Program-made: the position numbers and the translations under genes
In this document: positions 56,538 to 64,000 of the stretch, piece by piece
Numbering within the stretch: position 1 is the first letter of the stretch
Layout of the letters: every line of letters begins with the position of its first letter
The notes under the pieces: model-generated
Seen by the model: the letters and a program-made list of their open reading frames with translations, nothing else
Told to the model about the DNA's origin: nothing
Database searches by the model: none
Source: a plasmid
Sequence record: NZ_CP084508.1
Direction: 5' to 3' (one strand)
DNA length: 64,000 nucleotides

Positions 56538-56720
56538 CTACTGGGACTTAATACCGGTAACAACAGAAGAGGATGATGGGGCTACTGTTCCTCCTTGAAT
56601 ATCATGAATATAGTTTGCCTGACAAGCTGCAAGAAGAAATCCCAACATTATAAAAGATATAAAAAAACAACTTTCTTTTTCCTCATAAATCTCCTTATTA
56701 GTATAGCTACCAGCATTCAT
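56538..56720 (-). CDS. bacteriocin release (lysis) lipoprotein, copy 1
   Basis: The mature part is CQANYIHDIQGGTVAPSSSSVVTGIKSQ and the lipobox is LAAC. The canonical start MRKKKVVF is again out of frame at a T7 run. Confidence 0.75.
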   Translation of the reverse strand: MNAGSYTNKEIYEEKESCFFISFIMLGFLLAACQANYIHDIQGGTVAPSSSSVVTGIKSQ

Positions 56721-56767
56721 CCTTGATTACTGGTAGTTTGTTTATCAATTATTAATTACTAATAAGA

Positions 56768-57025
56768 TCACCAAACTCCATCTCGATATACAAAAGAGAT
56801 AAAATAGTCAAATTGGTTAATATCAATTACATTTTTAAAATGTGGCTGCAATATTGAAACCCATGACTGCTCAACATTAAACCATCCATTATTTATATTA
56901 TCTTCCAAAGGGAGACCTAAACTCTCAATGATAGAACCATCATCACCAAAATCCTTTGAATACTCTCCCCCTTTAAACTCTTCTGTTTTTTTATCAAACC
57001 AATGAATATGTAATTTTAGTCCCAT
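56768..57025 (-). CDS. cognate immunity protein of the rRNase bacteriocin (ImmE3 family)
   Basis: [51 protein letters not shown], 85 aa. It starts 9 bp after the bacteriocin stop. Confidence 0.85.
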   Translation of the reverse strand: MGLKLHIHWFDKKTEEFKGGEYSKDFGDDGSIIESLGLPLEDNINNGWFNVEQSWVSILQPHFKNVIDINQFDYFISFVYRDGVW

Positions 57026-57034
57026 AATTTCCTC

Positions 57035-58828
57035 TCAAAGATATTTTTTAATATTGCGTTTAGGATCAGGAGATTTTAACTGTTTCCCTGTCTTATGATC
57101 AAAGGAGCCTAAGTGTTCACCATCACTGGCACGATATCCTTCTAACTCACCATGCCGAGAGTCCCATTCATAGATTTTACGCCCTTTATCGCCATACCAC
57201 CTAGCTCGCTTCCCTCCTCCGTTTTGTTTTGGTGTTTTAGGTTTGCCCTCTTGCAATTCGCCTAATCCATGAATATCTTTTGTTTCTGGATCAGGGTAAT
57301 AATCATGACCATAATCCTTAAGCCCTTTTCGAGGTTTTTTCTTCTCCTCATTAACTTTATTTTCCGCAGCTTTTTTCTTCCCTTCCTTTTCTCTGCGATT
57401 CTCTAATGCATGAGATAACGCTTGCTCCGCTAATGTCAATTTATCCTTGGCAACAATTAACCTATTTCGGATTTTTCCGTACTCGATTAATTGCCCTTCA
57501 AGAGCTTGTCGAGATGCCTCTCGTGAATCTTTATCAGGGTTACCTTCATTAAAATCCCACCCAAATGCTTGCGCCCCTTGTGAGATCAGTTTATCACGAT
57601 CTTGTATCGTATTAATCTGTCCAACAGTACGAATTGTGCCACTATAATACGATGTTTTAAAAGGAATTGTTCCTTCTGAAACAATGGGGTATTTTGATGG
57701 ATCATTCCATGACTTTACATCAGGTTCATTTCTGACCCGCTCCAGTTCACGCTGTTGGCTAGTAACATTCTCCCTTGCCCGACGAAGCTCATCATTTGCA
57801 ATAGCCAGGTCATGCTTTGCGGCCTCAAGAGGATAAGATGCATTCCACATCTGTTGACGACGTCGATCTTCCGCCTCACGCAGTTTTACTTGTTCAGGTG
57901 TTAGCACATCTGATACGGAAACATAAATCGGTTTAACATTACTATTATCGGGAAAGCGGATCACTGCATCATGGGTGTTCCCTCCCGCACTAAACCCCAC
58001 AGCTTTTTCATCACCCCGTTCAGTAGGAATGCCTTTAGGCTGGCTAACGGATACAGGCGTATTATTCTTAATACTCAGATGGATATCCGGCTTACCAGGT
58101 ACAATACTGGCTATAAAAACACCAGGACGGGAGGTTGGCTTAGCTTCAACCACAGGGACACTCATTGGTACACCAGCTACCACTGCCAGCTTTTGCTTTT
58201 CATCCTGAATGATATCCGCCACCCGATTTTTTACCCGAACAGTAGCCGGCTGTAGAGGTAATGAGGGTGCCAGTGGTGCATCTAACACTTTATCTGCCGG
58301 AAGAGATGTCATAATTTGAGACATCATATTAGGATCATCTTTTGCGATTTCAGAGGGGATTAACACACCAAAAGTTACCCCCATTAATCGCCCAGCATAA
58401 GGCAGACCTGCAACTAAACCCTGCTCCAGCTTTGCCATTGCGTCCAATAAAGCTTTCTGAATTGGTGCAGTACGAAACAGAGAAAATCCCCACATACCAT
58501 CAATAAGAGAAATATTCATCGGCACGCCATAAGCGACATTGGCTTGAGCCTCAGGGAATAATGACAGATTAACGCCAGAGCTAGCGTGATCTTTATCACC
58601 ACCATTTCCACCCCGACTCCATCCGGCATCGGGACGTTCCCGTCCACCATAATGAGTAATAGAGCCTCGATGATCTGTTGTCGTTGAGGTACCATCACCA
58701 TTATCACGAGTATGCCCGCCTAAATTCTTCCCATCGTACCCACCAGTGGACCCTCTATCTCCACCACCAGGGTTTCGGCCTCCACCAAAAGCATTACCGT
58801 GAGCATTATTGCCCCCATTTCCACTCAT
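57035..58828 (-). CDS. colicin E3/cloacin DF13-type bacteriocin with C-terminal 16S rRNA-cleaving RNase domain (klebicin/cloacin-like)
   Basis: The N-terminal translocation domain is Gly-rich (SGNGGNNAHGNAFGGGRNPGGGD..). The C-terminus (..KTPKQNGGGKRARWYGDKGRKIYEWDSRHGELEGYRASDGEHLGSFDHKTGKQLKSPDPKRNIKKYL) matches the colicin E3 ribonuclease domain. An RBS (AGAGGA) precedes the ATG at 58828. Confidence 0.8.
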   Translation of the reverse strand: MSGNGGNNAHGNAFGGGRNPGGGDRGSTGGYDGKNLGGHTRDNGDGTSTTTDHRGSITHYGGRERPDAGWSRGGNGGDKDHASSGVNLSLFPEAQANVAYGVPMNISLIDGMWGFSLFRTAPIQKALLDAMAKLEQGLVAGLPYAGRLMGVTFGVLIPSEIAKDDPNMMSQIMTSLPADKVLDAPLAPSLPLQPATVRVKNRVADIIQDEKQKLAVVAGVPMSVPVVEAKPTSRPGVFIASIVPGKPDIHLSIKNNTPVSVSQPKGIPTERGDEKAVGFSAGGNTHDAVIRFPDNSNVKPIYVSVSDVLTPEQVKLREAEDRRRQQMWNASYPLEAAKHDLAIANDELRRARENVTSQQRELERVRNEPDVKSWNDPSKYPIVSEGTIPFKTSYYSGTIRTVGQINTIQDRDKLISQGAQAFGWDFNEGNPDKDSREASRQALEGQLIEYGKIRNRLIVAKDKLTLAEQALSHALENRREKEGKKKAAENKVNEEKKKPRKGLKDYGHDYYPDPETKDIHGLGELQEGKPKTPKQNGGGKRARWYGDKGRKIYEWDSRHGELEGYRASDGEHLGSFDHKTGKQLKSPDPKRNIKKYL

Positions 58829-58863
58829 AACGATTCCTCTTTGACATATAAAAACCAAAAATC

Positions 58864-58901
58864 AATACTGTACATAAACACATGTGTTTATGTACAGTAT
58901 T
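58864..58901. promoter_or_regulatory. SOS (LexA) operator: 38-bp perfect palindrome AATACTGTACATAAACACATG|TGTTTATGTACAGTATT with overlapping CTGT-N8-ACAG-type half sites, 35-70 bp upstream of the bacteriocin start
   Basis: This was read directly. It is the classic dual LexA box arrangement of colicin promoters. Confidence 0.75.
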
Positions 58902-59666
58902 GATGCTAGCTCTACGATAGTTAGCTGTCAATGCAATTAATTTGATTGCAATCAAAATTTCAACCGATGTGAATGGGAGGGAGCGTTCAGTCAACCCCTT
59001 GATCCAATGGGTGAGCCGTGCGCAAGTAGCATCTTTGAATGCCGCAAAGCGGCATGGAGGCGCCAACAGATGTTGAATAGAACACTGTCAGTGACTGGCG
59101 CCGTCGCCCGGCGCAGCCGGTTACTGTCTTGATAGGTTTCACCTTACCCATCCCTTGCCCTGTAAAGCCATAATCCGCTAACAGAGAGCGTAGATGTGAA
59201 TGTGCGCCGTCGGAGTGGTCACGACAAGGCGTAGCCGTAGTCGGGGCGTATCTCCGCGTTAGCGGGCCGTTAGGGCCGCTTACGGGCGTGTTATACCGAA
59301 CTTTTCAGGCGCAGTATTCCTAACAGCAGCGATTAATTTTAGTTACAACATCCATTATTAAAAGCGACATCATCCCGGCCCAGAGGGCCGGGGCGCCGTC
59401 GCTTTTCAGTGGTGGGATGGGCGTTGGTGTTTCTGCTGGGCGCGGTACTGATGGTGAGTTTGGCGGTGGTGTTTAGCTAGGCTGAGTTTGGGGCCCATCG
59501 CAACGCGATGGGAGGTACTTTTTAGATGTTGTTGCCGGTTGGCTTTGGTGTTGCCAGGGAAGGGTTTGTGCCCGAGTGAAACGAGGGAGCTACCATCGAG
59601 AGCAGCCGTAAGGCTAGCTCGATGCTTACTCCCTTTTTTAAAAAGGGCTTTTGTTCAGAAACAACG

Positions 59667-59727
59667 TTCGAAATTAACGATGATATTGGGTACCTCTTCG
59701 AAGTTAATCTGTTACTTCGAATTTAAC
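59667..59727. repeat. three direct repeats TTCGAA(A/G/T)TTAA(C/T) downstream of repA (candidate origin/Rep-binding repeats)
   Basis: The copies are at 59667-59678, 59697-59708 and 59716-59727. They lie 180-240 bp beyond the repA stop. A G9 run is at 59889-59897. Confidence 0.4.
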
Positions 59728-59903
59728 TGTTTATTTCCTGTGCTATAGGGGTAGGCCAAGTTGGCCATCACCGAAAATCTGTGAATATCGAAGAGAGAGG
59801 GGGTGAATAACGCTCAAAATCCGTGCTATTTATCAACTACAGGGCAAGCGAGGGCCTCGCGTTGATAGACGAAAACTCGACGGATTAAAGGGGGGGGGAA
59901 GGT

Positions 59904-60980
59904 TTAGATTTTAAAGGCACCGGTACGCTCAAGCAGCAACTTGTAGAACGCCTCCGCGTCCTGCTGCAGCAGTCCAGGGTACTCACGTTTAAGGATTTCC
60001 TGTAGCTGCAGCAACTGGATTGGCGTCATCGCGCCGGTGATCGACCACTGCGTAAACTGCTGATAGTAGCTGTGCGTTTTCCGCTTGGCCAGCTGCCGGA
60101 TGTTCTGGTTGGTCTCATCCAATTGTTGCTCCAGCGCCGAGCGTTGCGCCAAGGTTTGCTCTATCGTGGCCACAGCCTGAGCCTTATCCCGTGCCAAGTC
60201 CGGGCTGACCACCCAGCGCTTGATTTGGCGCAGCCGGTTACGCAATGAGTGACGGGATTTCAGGTCAATACCGATACGCTCAATGTGCACCAGGTGTTTT
60301 TCATAGCGTTGGCGCAGTGTCTCCGTCAGACCGTTCTTCATCGCCCAACGCTTGAATTTGCCCAGCCAGTCACGTATTTCATCGACCTGGATACCGCGCG
60401 AAGTAAAGAACGTCTCGGATAGCCAGATACGCAGCGGCTTGTTCTGGCCACTGTCGCTGTCCTGGGTATGCAGCACAATGACATAGCCCAGCTGCTCCAT
60501 CACCGAGAGGGCATGCAAGGCAACGTCGTAAGCTTTGCGACCGCTCTCGTAAACGTGCAGTACCCCCATCGCCGAGGCGATTTGCTCAAACGGTACCATC
60601 ACTTCGAAGGGATAGTCGCTATCCGGGTTGTAATCCGTGTGTGCAGCCAATGCCTGGGAGAGAACCGTTAACGCTTCACGGCTCTCTGAGCGTGTGCTGA
60701 TCCGCATCGGTTTGGGCACAAAATTCGGATCATGACGATAGGCATAGGGAATATATCCCCGCTGGCGCAGGGCAATCAGATCGCCATTGCGATTCCAATC
60801 GTGACGGCTAATCCGTGCCACGACTTTTGACGCCATACCACGCGAAACGGCACAACACAGTTTCGGCTGATAGCGGCGATGGATTTTAGGCTGTCCCTTA
60901 CGGGCCGCATTGGCCGCACCCCGCCGATTTGGCGAGTGGGACAGGTTATCGGCAATCGACGGAGAAAGGTTGCTATACAC
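59904..60980 (-). CDS. repA: plasmid replication initiator, IncFII RepA-family-like
   Basis: The central region (..YDVALHALSVMEQLGYVIVLHTQ..KPLRIWLSETFFTSRGIQVDEIRDWLGKFKRWAMKNGL..) parallels RepA1 (..ITRATRALTFLSELGLITYQTEYDP..). It lies next to finO and traX as in F-like plasmids. The true start may be the internal MASKVV... Confidence 0.55.
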   Translation of the reverse strand: MYSNLSPSIADNLSHSPNRRGAANAARKGQPKIHRRYQPKLCCAVSRGMASKVVARISRHDWNRNGDLIALRQRGYIPYAYRHDPNFVPKPMRISTRSESREALTVLSQALAAHTDYNPDSDYPFEVMVPFEQIASAMGVLHVYESGRKAYDVALHALSVMEQLGYVIVLHTQDSDSGQNKPLRIWLSETFFTSRGIQVDEIRDWLGKFKRWAMKNGLTETLRQRYEKHLVHIERIGIDLKSRHSLRNRLRQIKRWVVSPDLARDKAQAVATIEQTLAQRSALEQQLDETNQNIRQLAKRKTHSYYQQFTQWSITGAMTPIQLLQLQEILKREYPGLLQQDAEAFYKLLLERTGAFKI

Positions 60981-61387
60981 CCCGCCCTGCGCTTATGTTG
61001 CGCGGACAGAGTACGGAGCACAGAAAGGATTGCAGTTTTCCGAGCATGGCTTTATACTCCCTGCATAGAGCAACAGCTTCTATGCAGCATTGTAGTGAGC
61101 CCCGTTAGTCTTCTTCTAGTCGCCAAACCTGGGAAGATTATCGGGGTTTTCGCTTTTCTGGCGCGGAGTAACGTCCCCCTCACCAGCTCCCTGCCACCTT
61201 GCGGCGTGGCCCGCCATGAATTCGTCTGTCTGTATCCTGCCCTCGCCCCTCATCATCAGTGATGATGAGGGGGCAGAAACAGCGCTTCTCGCAAGAATAC
61301 TACAGACAACCCAAAAAATTAACCTGTTTTCGGTCTGTTTTGGCGTACAGACGGCAACAGGATCAGAATGATGCATAAAAGGCGGCA

Positions 61388-61772
61388 TCACCTGGCAGTC
61401 GTTCGAGCCTGAAGATAATGGTGTACATGCTGGACGAGTACCTCGGGATCATCTCCTCGCCATAACGGTATCTGTGCCTGACGAAAAATTTCGTTGAGCA
61501 CGATATCGCGCCGTATACGCTTTGCTTGTTGATGCGTTGCATCATCCAGCTCAATCGCCGCAATAATGTGACCTGTTTTTCGCTCAATAACCACGACATC
61601 ACAATGCCACTGTGAAATAAGCCGGAATAAACACCACCATTGACGGCTACCTTTTTTCCAGGTTGACGAAACCTCAACAATATCGGCGACACGAACCTGG
61701 AGACAAAAATACCAGTGATGTGCGCCAGTCGCCGGCGATAACGCGGAAAAGAAGGCATATTCACGCGCGGTC
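61388..61772 (-). CDS. DUF2726-family (NERD/PD-(D/E)XK-like) protein
   Basis: ..REYAFFSALSPATGAHHWYFCLQVRVADIVEV.. and ..DVVVIERKTGHIIAAIELDDATHQQAKRIRRDIVLNEIFRQAQIPLWR.. are DUF2726-like. An upstream overlapping ORF (61761-62045) encodes a TM helix and may be the frameshifted N-terminus. Confidence 0.5.
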
Positions 61773-62163
61773 ATCAATTGTGGCTTGGCCGTAAAGGAAC
61801 AGTAATCTATCCGATTCTTTCGGCTTGATACCCGCCGCCAGCAGAGCGCGTAATAAGGGATGAGCCTGCTTTCTGCCTTGCACCGATAGCCAGATGATAA
61901 ATAATAAAATGAATAGGGCAAGCCCTAAGAAGATAAAAAACACGATTATTCTCCGATTGGCCACTATTTGCATGCAGTCGCTATCTTGTCGCCAAATAAT
62001 AAAGCGATAATGGCAACCATAAAATAACGGCAGTAATAATTTCATTATGAAAACTTACATTTTGTAAAATGCAAAAAGACTAACGCCCTGCGGTTGTTCA
62101 ATTGCGTTCACTCCCCGATATAAAATCAGGGCGCGAACACAATTTTATAAAATATAAATAGAA

Positions 62164-62784
62164 CTAAATGCTGTTAGCAGGTGTTGATTTTCGCCGTTGA
62201 TAGGATTCAATCCGGGCACACGCGTACTGTTGTTCCTCCTCCGTGATCGTGGCAACCGGCTGGCCATCAATGCCATAGCGGGAAGCTCCGACAACCATAC
62301 TGCGCAAATAGGTCGTCGAGCGCGTAATACGTTTCAGGCAACGGCGCAGCTGTTTGCGTGACAAGGGCAGCGCGCGCGTAGCAATGTCGGCCAGCAACGC
62401 ATCCCGTAACCCGACTTGCAGCAAACGCGGCTTGTCCCCCTCAAACAGCCCAGGCCAGTGGGGTTTCATCAGGGCAACGGCCTCCGCCAATGGCATCAAT
62501 ACCACCCCTTTCGGCGGCTTCGGTGGGCATTTTTTATCCTGCTTGGCCGGGGCTGCGGGTGGCGGGGTGAGAGTCGGCGCTTTTGCTGGCGCCCGTTTTG
62601 CCTCTTTCGCCTGCTTTTGTGCCGCCAGTTTCTGCTTCTTCACCTTCCAGGGAGGTGGCGTGTTCACCACCACCACTTTCTTACGATGGACAACCACCGG
62701 GGCGGTATCCGATGTCACTGCAGGTGTTTCTTCAACGGGTCGTTTACGCTTCAGACTCAATGTTGGCCGCTTCTCTGTATTCAT
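62164..62784 (-). CDS. finO: fertility inhibition RNA chaperone FinO (ProQ/FinO family)
   Basis: It has a basic N-terminus. The C-terminal ..WPGLFEGDKPRLLQVGLRDALLADIATRALPLSRKQLRRCLKRITRSTTYLRSMVVGASRYGIDGQPVATITEEE is the FinO domain. It sits after traX as in F. Confidence 0.8.
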   Translation of the reverse strand: MNTEKRPTLSLKRKRPVEETPAVTSDTAPVVVHRKKVVVVNTPPPWKVKKQKLAAQKQAKEAKRAPAKAPTLTPPPAAPAKQDKKCPPKPPKGVVLMPLAEAVALMKPHWPGLFEGDKPRLLQVGLRDALLADIATRALPLSRKQLRRCLKRITRSTTYLRSMVVGASRYGIDGQPVATITEEEQQYACARIESYQRRKSTPANSI

Positions 62785-62797
62785 CTTATCTCCCTGT

Positions 62798-63508
62798 TCA
62801 CATCACACTGGCCACACAACTCAATACAGCCAGATGTACCGTATATGTCACCACAAAAAAATGTGAGGGCCAAAACCGCTCTTGACCAGACCATCGCAGG
62901 CCCCCCTGCGCGGCAGCTACACTCAGCACCAGGCCACTCACCGCCGCTGCCCAACTGATATTAACATTCAACATCAGAACACTCAGTCCCCACAGCAGGG
63001 CAACCAGCCGGCGCTCCGCTGCCGCCATTGGCACAAAAAGGTAGCGGCAGGCCACTAACATCACGACGCCCGCCAGATCATAGCTTGTCAGAGAGAAGGG
63101 AAGCCAAATCAGGGTAAGCCCTGTCGCTGCCAGTACCCCCTTGATCCCCTGTCGTTGCTCAAACCAGCGTAAGGCTTGCCCGGTGACCGCGAACACAAAC
63201 AGGATATTCCCTTGCCACCACGGGAACCCGGCCAACAGATACGCAGGTTGGGCGATCATCGCCCAACACCACAGGGCGTTGAGATTCGACTGGCGTATGC
63301 CGGCATGCCTGGCCAGATTGTACCCCCACACCAGCCCAAACAGCGGAAAGGCCCCGCGCCCCAGCCACAGCATGACCTCACTGTGCAAGCCAAAGATCTG
63401 GTTAGCATGGTCAAGCACCATCAACAATAATGCGACCCCTTTGAGCACATCACATTGCCCAGCACTCCACTGCCAGCGACAGGCCAATCCCTGAAAAACT
63501 GACGGCAT
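62798..63508 (-). CDS. traX: F-pilin acetylase TraX
   Basis: ..KGVALLLMVLDHANQIFGL..GRGAFPLFGLVWGYNLARHAGIRQ..GFPWWQGNILFVFAV.. matches F TraX (..VALVLMVLDHINLIF..GRGAFPLFALVWGLNLSRH..GFPWYEGNILFAFAV). The start is taken at MPSVFQG. The ORF is open further upstream. Confidence 0.8.
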   Translation of the reverse strand: MPSVFQGLACRWQWSAGQCDVLKGVALLLMVLDHANQIFGLHSEVMLWLGRGAFPLFGLVWGYNLARHAGIRQSNLNALWCWAMIAQPAYLLAGFPWWQGNILFVFAVTGQALRWFEQRQGIKGVLAATGLTLIWLPFSLTSYDLAGVVMLVACRYLFVPMAAAERRLVALLWGLSVLMLNVNISWAAAVSGLVLSVAAAQGGLRWSGQERFWPSHFFVVTYTVHLAVLSCVASVM

Positions 63509-63605
63509 CACATCCACTCTCATTGAACGTCTCCTCTTGGCCTGGGGTGGCACCCTGATTTTAATCGGGGTGTTTCCCCAGGCTGACAAACCGCATCGCG
63601 GTGCG

Positions 63606-64000
63606 TCAGTCCCCGGCCAGGGTCTTGTCGCGTACCAGCTCACGCTCCATCTGCTGTAAGCGCTCCCGCTGTAAATTCTCGGCAACCCGCTCAACGGCGG
63701 ACTGTTGGTGATCCGGTAAGGTCGGCAGCGTATCCGCCGGGTGCCGTTCCTGTTCGACGCCGCCTTTGACCACCTCATCGACAATCTGCCGCATTTTCTC
63801 TGGCGCCACATCATCGGGCGTGGGCTTCTCTTTTTGCCCCAGCATTTCCCGCGCCGTTTTCTCGGCCTGCTTCTCCAGGGCGACCCGCGCGGCCTCCTCC
63901 GACTGGCGCAAGGCCAGGATCTCGGGCGCTAACCTGGCTGCTTCCCCCGATATGCCTTGTCCGGTTTCCCCCGCATCAGCCCAAACGCGCCCGCCGGTCA
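63606..64000 (-). CDS. traI: 3' end of relaxase/helicase TraI (partial; continues beyond the window)
   Basis: It is open to the window edge. The acidic/ER-rich C-terminal tail (..LRQSEEAARVALEKQAEKTAREM..) sits upstream of traX in the conserved traI-traX-finO order. Confidence 0.5.
   Translation of the reverse strand, partial: TGGRVWADAGETGQGISGEAARLAPEILALRQSEEAARVALEKQAEKTAREMLGQKEKPTPDDVAPEKMRQIVDEVVKGGVEQERHPADTLPTLPDHQQSAVERVAENLQRERLQQMERELVRDKTLAGD

Noticed and set aside
62354-62958. 170-180-aa plus-strand ORFs rich in G, R and C
   Set aside because: They are antisense to finO and traX in GC-rich sequence. They have low-complexity composition and no start context.
1-64000. tRNA, rRNA or CRISPR arrays
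   Set aside because: No cloverleaf-compatible 70-90-nt segments with conserved T-loop/GTTC motifs were noticed. No rRNA signature stretches and no regularly spaced repeat-spacer arrays were seen.

Overview
This 64-kb window reads as a mosaic accessory region of a large IncF-type enterobacterial plasmid. At the right end there is an IncFII-family RepA-like initiator followed by finO, traX and the 3' end of traI. Most of the rest is cargo, punctuated by insertion sequences. The main cargo blocks are: (1) the distal part of a chaperone-usher fimbrial operon (usher C-terminus, PapD-like chaperone, four secreted proteins of which three are paralogous ~260-aa pilin-like proteins, and a LuxR-type regulator) followed by a Tat-signal S9 prolyl oligopeptidase; (2) a low-GC class-5 (CS1/CFA-I-like, alternate chaperone-usher) fimbrial operon (chaperone, major pilin, usher, tip adhesin, LuxR-type regulator) with G/C homopolymer tracts inside its coding sequences; (3) an IS graveyard holding three IS903-like copies, two IS630-family copies, IS3/IS110/IS481-family remnants and two degenerate group II introns, one of them inserted inside an IS3 orfB with a recognisable domain V; this region also carries a DASS-type transporter gene and a low-GC AraC regulator; (4) a second classical chaperone-usher-subunit fimbrial operon; (5) a silver/copper resistance cluster silE-silRS-silCFBA truncated after silA; (6) a PLP trans-sulfuration enzyme gene, an NhaC-like transporter gene and an Rpn (YhgA-like) nuclease gene; (7) an SOS-regulated cloacin DF13/colicin E3-type rRNase bacteriocin operon with its immunity and lysis genes, followed by a second, orphan immunity-lysis module that retains the last ~40 codons of a deleted second bacteriocin gene. 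Several frameshifts sit in homopolymer runs, so assembly homopolymer error cannot be excluded. All calls come from reading the sequence and from recalled family signatures. No database search was run.
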